64,000 bases of DNA. Origin: Bythopirellula sp. GTDB taxonomy: Bacteria > Planctomycetota > Planctomycetia > Pirellulales > Lacipirellulaceae. Shown here piece after piece: positions 9,707 to 18,954 of the stretch. The notes under the pieces are model-generated. The model did no database searches. It saw only the letters and a program-made list of their open reading frames with translations, and was not told where the DNA came from. The stretch lies in the NCBI GenBank assembly GCA_965216565.1, contig OZ244170.1:32001-96000 (forward strand), read 5' to 3'. The stretch's first letter is position 1, and each line of letters begins with the position of its first letter. The translations under genes were made by a program, and so were the position numbers.

Positions 9707-12700
9707 CTAGCGATTGAAGCCCATGCTGAAGCTGAAGACCTGGCGATCATCGAAGTCGGCGTGATTCACCGCCCAGGCAAAGTCGAGTGCAATCGGAGCA
9801 GGTCCCATCGCCGGCACGGTAATCCGCAGACCCACACCCGGGGCGACGCGGAAGTCGTTGATCTCCACATCTTGTTCCACCGTACCAAAGTCGCAGAACA
9901 CCACGCCATGCAGCATGTCATCGGCAGTAATGGGGAACAGATACTGCGCCGAATTCAGCCATTGGAAATGACCACCCACCTCCGCACCCATATCAACGGG
10001 CGAAGCACCTCGGAAGTCGAATCCACGCAGGGTTGAAAATCCACCCGCGAAAAAGTGCTCGTAAACAGGTGTTTGCGTACCCGAATAGCCAATATTGGTA
10101 GCCAAGCTAAGTACGTGTCGACCCGAGTGATCGGGACGTTCGCGAATCAGATAGTAAGTCCGGCCATCGATCATAACGCGTGGGTAATCAAAGGTTCCAA
10201 TCACCTGCTCGCCGGAAACCTCTAAATAGTGCCCCTGCGTGGGCAGGAATGTGCTGTCCCGCGTATCATTGATCACAGCCAGTTTGAACCCGTGCAGCGA
10301 GTTATCCCCTAGTGCTTCCGCCAAATCTGCAACTTGAACAGCTCCACCACCATCAAAAGCCAATGGAGCATCGCTAATGTTGACGTTCTCTCCGCGATAG
10401 GTGAACACGGTCGAAACGTCGCGTTCTACCCACTTGTAGCCAAGGGCTGCTCGTCCGCCGAGTCGTTGTTCGTCCCAATCCCGGAAGCGACGGTCGAAAT
10501 ACGAACCACCCAGGCTCAAACTGACCGGACTATCAAATAGATAGGGTTCCGTAAAGCTGACGAGATATCGATTCACCTGGCTACCGGGCGACGCATCGAC
10601 TCGGAAACGTTGGCCCGCACCACGCCAGGCAGTACCATTACGAAAATCTTCGAAGCTCTGTGGCGGACGTCGCCAGTCGAAGTTGCGTTCGTCCAAAACA
10701 ATATTACCAACAACGCCGGCATCGGAGTTCACACCGACTCCCAGCATCAATCGCCCTGTTTGCGTCTCTTGGCCATCAAAGAAAATGTCGACCGTTTGTT
10801 CAGGGTAAGGCTGACCGGGCAGGCCAAAGTGACCGTTGGGGAAGTACTGATACCCGGGTACCGTGTTGGCTGGATAACCCAAGACCGGTCCATACCCGCC
10901 CGCTGGTGGCGGAATACTCTCTGAATACTGCGCCTGCTGAACACCGGGTTGCGGTGCATAGGTAGGACCTGATCCAGCGGTCGGTTGGACAGCAACGGGT
11001 CGCGTAGTGGGCCCTGTCGCTCCAACTAAAGTCCCCCCATAGGCAGGATTAGTCGTGCCTGTCGTTAGGCCAGAATAGGCATTATTCACTTGCCCAGGAG
11101 CAGGGCTCTGGCCACGGATAACCACTTCATCTGAAGCCGTTGCCGGAGTCTCCGATTGTTTTATCTCCTCAGCCTCTAGCCAACGCTCGTAATGCTCGAC
11201 GTTATCGCATTGGATGTGCACTTCCATCCCGTCATTGGACATCGTCTCGTAGGCAGATCGCGGTTTGCCCATACTGGGCGGAGCCAGTACGGGTGGTCCT
11301 AGATCGTCAGGGCTCTGCCCCTGGATTTTCCGTTCTCGGCTAGCCGTCCGACGACCCGGTGGCGAGGCAATTCCGAAATCTGAATCGTCCGGAATCCGAT
11401 AGGAGATCTTCGGTTTCACTCCCGTAGCGGGATCGCTATGGAACAGACTGCTGGCCATTAAACGTCGTTCACTGGCCTTAAGCTCGCGAATATCCATGAT
11501 GTCGCCAGGGCGCAGTGTCATGCGATTGAGCGCGGTCTGGATACGCGTGTGCGGATTATCGCCACCAATGTGAACAAAAATCCTTCCCACTCGAAATTGC
11601 TCACCCTCATCAATGTGGTACAGCAGATCGAGCTCGCCAGGCTCCTCTAGAAACACCGGTTCCGGGCGGACATCGGCAAATACATAGCCGTGGCTGCCGT
11701 AGAGTTCTTGCACCCAAAGGCGATCGCGTTGGACTTTGCTTTGCTCGAAGGGTTGCCCGGCGTTTAGCTTAGCGGCTTCGGCCATGGCCTCGGGCTCAAA
11801 CTTCGTGTTTCCCAGGAAACGCACACTGCGAACCTTGTAGCGGGGACCCTCATCAATGACAAACGTAAGATTAACCCAGTTGCCTTTCTCGTTGAAATCA
11901 ATTTTCCGGCTGACTTTAGCTTGAAAAAAGCCGAAGGCTCGGTAGTAGGCCGTAAGTTGCTCGACGTCAGTTTTCAGTTGATTTCGATCCAAATAACCCT
12001 TGATCAACTTAACAATTGGGGGCTTTGACTTGATGACAGTTTTTAAGCGACCATCGCTAACGAAATTGTTACCGACGAAATCTACATCCCATACTTTCTG
12101 AGAAACGCCTTCGTTAATTAGATAGACGATCCCCTGGTCGGTAGGCTTTGAGCCTTCCAAGATAGTTACTTGGGCCTTGTTGTAGCCACGGGAGACGTAG
12201 TACTCCTTGATCTTGCGTCTACCCTCTTCCACCGCGTAGGGATCCACAGCTCCACCATCTTTCAGGCCGGTTTCCTTTTTGAGGGTCTTGTCTTTGACTT
12301 TCTCGTTGCCCAAGTAGTTGATGTAGCGAATGGTTGGTCGCTCAACGACTTGGAAAATAACGATCCGACCTTGTGCGGTAGCCTCGTACAAGGGCTTCAC
12401 GTCGACAAACCAGCCCAAGTTCGCTAGGCGACGAACGTCGCTTTCCACGAGATGTTTGTCAAACGGGCGACCCACTCGCGTGTTTAGCTGGTCGGCCACT
12501 TGGGATGCAGAAATTGTGTCGTTACCGAGAATGCGAATCTCAGAAACCAATTGCTCAGGGGGTACCTGCTGCTCGGGCGCAGGCAATGGTTCCGCAGCAA
12601 CTACGCACGTCGATGTTCCGCGGAATAGCCCGAAAGCTAATAGCAGACCGACCAGGCACAGCCCGCGCCATCGTTGCGTTAGAGTCTCTGAAAAATACAT
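9707..12700 (-). CDS. bamA: Outer membrane protein assembly factor, BamA/Omp85 family
   Basis: POTRA repeats, FFAGGFSTLRGF barrel motif, C-terminal FSFSMGFNR; start placed at MYFSETL. Confidence 0.9.
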   Translation of the reverse strand: MYFSETLTQRWRGLCLVGLLLAFGLFRGTSTCVVAAEPLPAPEQQVPPEQLVSEIRILGNDTISASQVADQLNTRVGRPFDKHLVESDVRRLANLGWFVDVKPLYEATAQGRIVIFQVVERPTIRYINYLGNEKVKDKTLKKETGLKDGGAVDPYAVEEGRRKIKEYYVSRGYNKAQVTILEGSKPTDQGIVYLINEGVSQKVWDVDFVGNNFVSDGRLKTVIKSKPPIVKLIKGYLDRNQLKTDVEQLTAYYRAFGFFQAKVSRKIDFNEKGNWVNLTFVIDEGPRYKVRSVRFLGNTKFEPEAMAEAAKLNAGQPFEQSKVQRDRLWVQELYGSHGYVFADVRPEPVFLEEPGELDLLYHIDEGEQFRVGRIFVHIGGDNPHTRIQTALNRMTLRPGDIMDIRELKASERRLMASSLFHSDPATGVKPKISYRIPDDSDFGIASPPGRRTASRERKIQGQSPDDLGPPVLAPPSMGKPRSAYETMSNDGMEVHIQCDNVEHYERWLEAEEIKQSETPATASDEVVIRGQSPAPGQVNNAYSGLTTGTTNPAYGGTLVGATGPTTRPVAVQPTAGSGPTYAPQPGVQQAQYSESIPPPAGGYGPVLGYPANTVPGYQYFPNGHFGLPGQPYPEQTVDIFFDGQETQTGRLMLGVGVNSDAGVVGNIVLDERNFDWRRPPQSFEDFRNGTAWRGAGQRFRVDASPGSQVNRYLVSFTEPYLFDSPVSLSLGGSYFDRRFRDWDEQRLGGRAALGYKWVERDVSTVFTYRGENVNISDAPLAFDGGGAVQVADLAEALGDNSLHGFKLAVINDTRDSTFLPTQGHYLEVSGEQVIGTFDYPRVMIDGRTYYLIRERPDHSGRHVLSLATNIGYSGTQTPVYEHFFAGGFSTLRGFDFRGASPVDMGAEVGGHFQWLNSAQYLFPITADDMLHGVVFCDFGTVEQDVEINDFRVAPGVGLRITVPAMGPAPIALDFAWAVNHADFDDRQVFSFSMGFNR

Positions 12701-12957
12701 AGGTGCCGGTAGTATCGTGAGTTGAGAAGAGAGTATCGGGACCAATCGGTGGACTTCTTCCACAGATCTGCCACTGTTTGGCCGCGAAGAAATAGCCGAT
12801 TGGCGAAGCCTCGGCAAGGCGAGTTCCCATTCGGCGTGTGGCTCGCCTTACAGAACTAGGGAATTCGACACGCCAGTGCTGCTAGCAGTTCTTGCGGATG
12901 AGGAACTAGAGGCTGGATAGATTGATTGGATGTTGACTCAGCGTTTTAGCCTACGCA

Positions 12958-13122
12958 TTCCCCGAAGGGGATAAATACCGTAGCCCAGGGTTGATCGCGA
13001 AGCGATCTACCCTGGGTGCAAACCGACATCATCTCTACCCTGAAAGGGTTGTACATTTTGTTAAACCCTTTCAGGGTAAATTTCTTAACCTTCATCTACC
13101 CAGGGTAGCGGCTGCGCAGCAA
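12958..13122. repeat. REP/BIME-like repeat, family A copy 2, 3'-truncated
   Basis: Same modules as 4511-4707; the last module stops at CCCAGGGTAGCGGCTGCGCAGCAA. Confidence 0.8.
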
Positions 13123-13211
13123 GTAGGGTGTGCCATAGCAAGGCGGCGGCACACCGAAGGGGTCAATGTCATATATCTCACTCTCGGTGGGCCTGACGGC
13201 ACCACCCTACG
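13123..13211. repeat. REPIN-like element, family B copy 2
   Basis: GTAGGGTGTGCC...GGCACCACCCTACG; reverse-complement homolog of 2522-2610. Confidence 0.8.
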
Positions 13212-13256
13212 ACAGCTAACTTGCCTTTGCCTCGGCTTCATTGGCCAATCACGAGT

Positions 13257-14693
13257 CTAGAAGTCCGGCGTACCGTAGGTCTCGAATTCCGCATATGGTT
13301 TCTGGGCGAAGTTGCGGAAGCGGGTGAAATCGTGCAGCCAAGTGAGTTTGACGTCGCCCGTGGGGCCGTTGCGTTGTTTGCGGACGAGCAAATCGGCCTC
13401 GCCGCGGACGCGTTCGCGATCTTCGTCGTTTGATTGGTAGTATTCTTCGCGATGGACGAACATCACGACGTCGGCGTCCTGCTCGATTGCCCCCGACTCA
13501 CGCAGGTGACTGAGTTGTGGCTTGTTGTCTCGCGTGGCCTCTACCTGTCGGTTCAATTGAGCCAGGCAAAGAACGGGGACTTCCAACTCGCGTGCAAGGC
13601 CCTTTAGCCGCCGAGCAATCTTGGCAACTTGTTCCTGGCGGGGGTCACGGGCATTATCGGGTTCGATCAGCTGCAAGTAATCGATTACTATCAGGCCGAG
13701 GTTTTCTCGCCTCTTGAGTCGTCGAGCATTCGCACTGATTTCGGTCATTGTGCGGCTAGGAGAATCGTCGATATAGAGTGGCGATTTGCTCAGTTCCACG
13801 GAGGCTTGGACTAGCTTTTGCCTTTCCTCGGACGTTATCGTACCGTTGCGGAGCCGATGGCCGTTCACTTCGGCCACACTGCAGAGCAGGCGATCGACTA
13901 GTTCCAGCGAGGACATTTCGAGGCTGACAAACAGCACCGGCACTTGCAATTGCATGATAATGTGTTCGGCAATGTTCATTGCCAACGCGGTTTTGCCCAT
14001 ACTCGGCCGCGCGGCCAAAATCGTGAGTTCCGAGTTTTGCAATCCACCAGTGAGTTGGTCGTAGTCCTCAAACCCAGTTTCCAGGCCAGCAAAAGCATGG
14101 TGCTGCTCCATCCTGGCATCGATTCGATCCATGGCGTCTTGGAGGACATCGCTGACGGCATTGACTTCACCACCGCCACGCGATTCTAAGATGCCAAAGA
14201 TCTTTTCCTCGGCACGACTCAGCATCTGGCGGGCATCGCTGCCTGATTCGTATGCATCGTGCAGAATGTCTGTACCGGCCAGAATAAGTGACCGGAGCGT
14301 AGCTTTTTCTGCCACCAGACGAGCGTAGTGTTCGGCGTGGGCCGCGGTAGATACTTGTTGCCCAACTTCGGCAATATAGGCGGACCCACCAATGGCTTCG
14401 AACTTATCCGCTTTGCGAAGTCTATCAATGAGCAGCATGACGTCGATTTGTTGCCCATCGTCGTGCATGCCCAGCAGGTGTTCGAAAAGAGTTCGATTTG
14501 CCTGATTGTAGAAATCGTGGGGTCGCAGAATGAGGGCTACTTCGTCGAATACTTCCGGCAAGAGCAGGATGCTTCCCAATACAGACTTTTCGGCGTCTGC
14601 GTGCTGAGGGAGTTGCCTGTCGCTCGGACGGTTCGATTTGCCGCGAGAAGAAGAATCAGAAGCTTCGGACGGAAAGTTGTCGATCGTCGACAT
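13257..14693 (-). CDS. dnaB: Replicative DNA helicase
   Basis: LAARPSMGKT, IVIDYLQLI, LAQLNR, LRESGAIEQDAD and KQRNGPTG motifs. Confidence 0.98.
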   Translation of the reverse strand: MSTIDNFPSEASDSSSRGKSNRPSDRQLPQHADAEKSVLGSILLLPEVFDEVALILRPHDFYNQANRTLFEHLLGMHDDGQQIDVMLLIDRLRKADKFEAIGGSAYIAEVGQQVSTAAHAEHYARLVAEKATLRSLILAGTDILHDAYESGSDARQMLSRAEEKIFGILESRGGGEVNAVSDVLQDAMDRIDARMEQHHAFAGLETGFEDYDQLTGGLQNSELTILAARPSMGKTALAMNIAEHIIMQLQVPVLFVSLEMSSLELVDRLLCSVAEVNGHRLRNGTITSEERQKLVQASVELSKSPLYIDDSPSRTMTEISANARRLKRRENLGLIVIDYLQLIEPDNARDPRQEQVAKIARRLKGLARELEVPVLCLAQLNRQVEATRDNKPQLSHLRESGAIEQDADVVMFVHREEYYQSNDEDRERVRGEADLLVRKQRNGPTGDVKLTWLHDFTRFRNFAQKPYAEFETYGTPDF

Positions 14694-14825
14694 CGGCTGG
14701 TCGCTCCATCTAACTAAGAATAGCGTCTCACCGCGGCGAGACTCCTGGCAGTAGATAAACCACTCGAATCAGTTTGCCGCCCTACGTCATGCGACAATTG
14801 CCCGTCGATAACAAGTTCGCGACAA

Positions 14826-15362
14826 TTACTCTTCGTCGCCACCGGTAGTTGGCACAACCCAAACCTTCAATTCGCCGTCGACTTCACTCGATAGACGGAA
14901 TTTGACAGTATAGAGTCCAAGTTCCTTGAGCACGCCTTCCAGGCGAATCTGATCGGCTGCCAAAGAGATGTCGCTTTTCTTCAAAGCGGCCACAATCTCT
15001 GGAGCACCAACGCTGCCGTAGAGATGGCCATCCTCGGTTGCGTTGGCCTCGATAGTGATGCTTTGCTTGGCGATTTCAGCAGCAAATTTGCGGAGATCTG
15101 CTTGGGCGGCTTTCTCCAATTCTTGGAGCTTCACACGATGCTTTTCGACCATACGTTTATGGTGGTCGGTAGCAAAGGTGGCCATTCCCTGTGGCAGGAG
15201 ATAGTTGTAAGCATAGCCTGGCTTAACTTCGACAACATCGCCTTGCTTGCCTAGATCTTCGACACTGTGGATCAACAGCAATTCAATCCCACCTTGAGGA
15301 CCGCGAGGCAGTCGCTTGAACTTGTGGGCACGGCGTTTGAGCTTCTTTTGTTTCGTTGTCAT
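14826..15362 (-). CDS. rplI: 50S ribosomal protein L9 with a basic N-terminal extension
   Basis: LGKQGDVVEVKPGYAYNYLLPQG, GHLYGSV, KELGLYTV. Confidence 0.96.
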   Translation of the reverse strand: MTTKQKKLKRRAHKFKRLPRGPQGGIELLLIHSVEDLGKQGDVVEVKPGYAYNYLLPQGMATFATDHHKRMVEKHRVKLQELEKAAQADLRKFAAEIAKQSITIEANATEDGHLYGSVGAPEIVAALKKSDISLAADQIRLEGVLKELGLYTVKFRLSSEVDGELKVWVVPTTGGDEE

Positions 15363-15438
15363 GGCAAACTATCGGACGTTTGAAGTAATGATTAAATGAA
15401 ATGTGCTTAGATGGCTCACTATTTGGCTAGCCACTCTA

Positions 15439-15888
15439 TTAAAACGGAATTTCGTCGTTGGGTGGCATAGACGCAGGTGCATTCGACTGGGCACCACTGT
15501 AGTGTGGGGCTTGGCCTTGGGAATCGCCACCGCGATTTCCGCCTCCTCCTCCGCCCCCGCCACCACGAGCACCTACCATCTGCATGCGTTCTCCTACCAC
15601 CTTAAGTTTAGAGAACTTCTGGCCCTCTTTTTCCCAGGTGTCGAGCTTCAAGCGACCTTCGATGAGCACAGGCGAGCCCTTGCTGAGGTACTCGTTTGCA
15701 ATCTCTGCAGTTCGGCCCCAAAGAGTGACGTCGACAAACGTCGCCTCGTCGACCCATTGGTCGCCACGCTTAACGCGATCGTTCACAGCCAAGCCGATAT
15801 CGGAAACTGCCGTGCCGCTAGGAATGTAGCGTAGCTCTGGGTCTCTGGTGAGATTCCCCATCAGTACAACGCGGTTGAAGCTGGCCAT
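15439..15888 (-). CDS. ssb: Single-stranded DNA-binding protein
   Basis: [17 protein letters not shown], Gly-rich linker, C-terminal DEIPF; AAGGAG RBS before ATG 15888. Confidence 0.97.
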   Translation of the reverse strand: MASFNRVVLMGNLTRDPELRYIPSGTAVSDIGLAVNDRVKRGDQWVDEATFVDVTLWGRTAEIANEYLSKGSPVLIEGRLKLDTWEKEGQKFSKLKVVGERMQMVGARGGGGGGGGGNRGGDSQGQAPHYSGAQSNAPASMPPNDEIPF

Positions 15889-16069
15889 GCTACGACTCCT
15901 TTGCTTGCGATATTTATCAAATCTTCTCGGGATACAGTTGAGGCTCACACCCGGGCTTGCCTACTGAACGCTTGTACCGTAGATTAACAAACCTGGATAG
16001 AACTGGCAATCATCGGGTCGAGAAGATTGACGAACTCCTAGAAACCAACGAAATACTGGATGCTGAAAC

Positions 16070-16504
16070 TTAGGTGGCCGAAGCCTCGACGGCCTCAGTG
16101 ACAGTCTCCGCCGAGGCGGACTCTTTCGGGCTTCCATTTGTTTCTTCGGGAGCAGGCGCCTCGACCGAGTTTCCTTTGGCGTGTTCCAGAATTGGCTCGA
16201 CCAGGCTATCGGGCAAGCGAATGAATAGGTGGCGCATCACGCCATCTTTCAATTCAAACTGGCGGTTGAGCTCACCGATGCTGGAAGTTGGGCCTCGGAA
16301 GTACATAATCCAATAAGAGCCTTTTCGTTGGCCATTAATTGGATATGCCAGTCGTCGTTCTTCCCACAAGCGGCTCACCTCGACCTGACCGCCAGCGCCT
16401 TCGATGATGGAAGACAAATCGCTGGGCAAACCATCACGGTCGCGTGCCAGACGATTTGAGTCCAAAATGAACATACCTTCGTAAACTGCCAAGTTACCTG
16501 CCAA
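16070..16504 (-). CDS. rpsF: 30S ribosomal protein S6
   Basis: YEGMFILD, WEERRLAYPI; lies upstream of ssb. Confidence 0.93.
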   Translation of the reverse strand: MAGNLAVYEGMFILDSNRLARDRDGLPSDLSSIIEGAGGQVEVSRLWEERRLAYPINGQRKGSYWIMYFRGPTSSIGELNRQFELKDGVMRHLFIRLPDSLVEPILEHAKGNSVEAPAPEETNGSPKESASAETVTEAVEASAT

Positions 16505-16621
16505 AACAAAGCTCCAATAATTAGGTGAAAGCCAACTACATGTGTGTATCCGAGGTACCCGAAGGAACCCGGTTGCTAATTACAATTTCTCTGCACTAAC
16601 AGCGAGATCTACCAGCGAGAT

Positions 16622-17218
16622 CTATTTGCCGGCAGACCCCTCGTCCGCTAAACCGCTCCTACCATTGTACTTATTCATGGCATCTTGGATACCAGCGGTA
16701 ATCCAGGCCTCAATCGCGTCGCAACTAAGCTTGCGACAGCGTTCCGCAGTCTCTTTCTCACTGGCGGCAAACTTCCCCAACACGAAATCAGGGGCGTGCC
16801 AACGCTCCGGCACAGGGCCAATCCCGAATCTCAGTCGAGGGAACTCGTTGGTACCAATCTGCCGAATGGTATCCGCAAGTCCCTTTTGTCCGCCGTCTGA
16901 ACCACCAGCACGGAGCCGAATGGTACCAAGATCTAAATTAAAATCGTCGCAAACTAAGAGCAGATCCGAGGCCTCTACTTTGTAGAAATCTCGAGCCAAC
17001 TGGACGCTGCGACCGCTGAGGTTCATGAATGTTTGTGGCTTGATCAGCAAAGTGCGCTCGGAGCCAATCACACATTCCTGAACTAACGCTTCAAACTTCG
17101 ACCTGGCTGTCGGCAAGGCATGCCGATTGGCCAAGGCGTCAATTACCTCAAAACCTATGTTATGTCGTGTCTGTTCGTATTTCTTGCCGGGATTACCAAG
17201 GCCGACGATTAGTTTCAT
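16622..17218 (-). CDS. pth: Peptidyl-tRNA hydrolase
   Basis: LIVGLGNPGKKYEQTRHNIGF, KPQTFMNLSG, RLRFGIG. Confidence 0.97.
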   Translation of the reverse strand: MKLIVGLGNPGKKYEQTRHNIGFEVIDALANRHALPTARSKFEALVQECVIGSERTLLIKPQTFMNLSGRSVQLARDFYKVEASDLLLVCDDFNLDLGTIRLRAGGSDGGQKGLADTIRQIGTNEFPRLRFGIGPVPERWHAPDFVLGKFAASEKETAERCRKLSCDAIEAWITAGIQDAMNKYNGRSGLADEGSAGK

Positions 17219-17271
17219 GGAAGTTCAGACTCTGGAGGCGTTAAACTTGCAGTCGGGCTGACTCCAAATGC

Positions 17272-17919
17272 TCAATCGCCACTCTTCTCCTCATCTTCAC
17301 CGCCACTCTCCTCGCCGTCTTTGCCGATGACTTCAGGCTCGATGCCACCTTCTGCTACCTCGTCTTCCTCGGGCTCAACGGTCTTCTCAACGCATTGTAC
17401 TACTGTTGTATCCGATTCGAGCAATACCTTGGCGCTGGAAGGCAATCCCTCAATGTCTGAAACCTTAAGGGCATCCCCAAGATGTAGCTCGTTGATGTTT
17501 ACTTCTAAGTGTTCTGGAATCTGAGAGGGTGATGTTTCGATTTCGATTTCGTGAAACAAGGTTTCGACGACTCCGCCTTCAGATTCTCCAGGTGCGATTC
17601 CATGGAGATTCAAAGGAATTTCGACGGTCACACGGTCGGAAGCATCAACCCGTAAAAGATCAACGTGGAGAATGTGCTGTTGGAACGTATCCCATTGGAT
17701 ATCTTGCAACAGAGCCTGCCCCTTTGCGTCGCCTTTGAGGTCGACAACTTGAGCACCATGTCGCAAGCTGGATTCCAGCTGTTCGGCAGAAATGGAGAGG
17801 CTCAGGGTCTCTTCACCGTGCCCATAAAGGACTGCGGGAAGCTTACCTGCTAGCCGCATGCGACGATTGCGCAGTTTGCCGCTTTCCTTCCGTACCGCAA
17901 CTTCTAACTGATCCGACAT
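17272..17919 (-). CDS. rplY: 50S ribosomal protein L25/Ctc
   Basis: GKLPAVLYGHG, ILHVDL, Ctc-type C-terminal domain; upstream of pth. Confidence 0.95.
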   Translation of the reverse strand: MSDQLEVAVRKESGKLRNRRMRLAGKLPAVLYGHGEETLSLSISAEQLESSLRHGAQVVDLKGDAKGQALLQDIQWDTFQQHILHVDLLRVDASDRVTVEIPLNLHGIAPGESEGGVVETLFHEIEIETSPSQIPEHLEVNINELHLGDALKVSDIEGLPSSAKVLLESDTTVVQCVEKTVEPEEDEVAEGGIEPEVIGKDGEESGGEDEEKSGD

Positions 17920-18163
17920 TCTTGACCTCGAAAAAAGAACTCTTCGCCCAGCGAAGGTGACCGATGGGACGGTTCCCTCCGTGGTGTGGATTGCAATTTT
18001 GAAACCTTCAATTCTCCCCGATTCAACTGGGATTTCAAGCCCTGAATGCCCGAGCTGGACTTATTTCCTTGGGCCGAGAATCTTGCCTATTCGGTGAGAC
18101 CGTTAGGCGGCGTGTCCACAGAGCCCGGTGGATTAGGCGGGCATGGTAAACAGAGTATGGCGG

Positions 18164-18847
18164 CTAGCGGGGGATCGTCGCCAAGCCGAGCCAGTCCCAG
18201 GGCGTTTTGCGGGCTTCCATCTGGAGGCCGTCTTCCGCCCAGGGATAATGGATCCGCTCAATAGAATTCACCGTCGCCCCTACTTTTTGTAGGATCTTGC
18301 GGAGTTCCGGGTGTCGGTAGTGTTTTTGCAAAGTATCGGTGCGCCGGATAAGGTCTTCATCGCCGAGGTCGTCTGAGTTGGAGATCTCTGCGACGTAGTG
18401 GGCCGATTCCGTGGAGGGGACCACCACCAAAATGGTCCCCCCAGTCCGGGCGAGACCCGCCAGACTCTTCCACTGCCTGTCACGCAAATCAGCGTCTGGA
18501 GACGTGATAACATTCAAGCAGACTACCAGATGTCCGATTGGACCAATCGCATCGGCAGCATCCTCGAGCGCCAAAGTCTGCCACGTTGCATGGCTCAACT
18601 TCCGGCATCGGCTGCGAGCTCGACGAACCATATCGGCGGCGAAGTCGAATCCCACGACGCGGCCAAACTGCTCGCCAAACATTCGCGTAAAGGTGCCGAT
18701 TCCGCAGCCGGCGTCAACGAGTGTCTGCTTTCGGGTGGGGGCAAGCTGCTGGATGATCTTCGCAACCTGATCGGGACTGGTCGATGTAATATCGCAGACC
18801 GCGTCTTCAAAGTCAGAAGCCAATTCGTTCCATGCGCCCTTGCTCAT
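18164..18847 (-). CDS. Class I SAM-dependent methyltransferase
   Basis: LVDAGCGIG motif I; VVGFDFAADM. Confidence 0.85.
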   Translation of the reverse strand: MSKGAWNELASDFEDAVCDITSTSPDQVAKIIQQLAPTRKQTLVDAGCGIGTFTRMFGEQFGRVVGFDFAADMVRRARSRCRKLSHATWQTLALEDAADAIGPIGHLVVCLNVITSPDADLRDRQWKSLAGLARTGGTILVVVPSTESAHYVAEISNSDDLGDEDLIRRTDTLQKHYRHPELRKILQKVGATVNSIERIHYPWAEDGLQMEARKTPWDWLGLATIPR

Positions 18848-18954
18848 GGCGAATCCTCAGGGTGGAGAATATTGCCAGCGTAATTCCGCAGGCCAATATA
18901 TCACCCCAGCCTCGGCCAAGAGAACCCTGGCCGAGAATACAGGAGAGAGTCTTA

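Noticed and set aside
13257..14693. Intein in DnaB
   Set aside because: Normal length (478 aa) with contiguous helicase motifs
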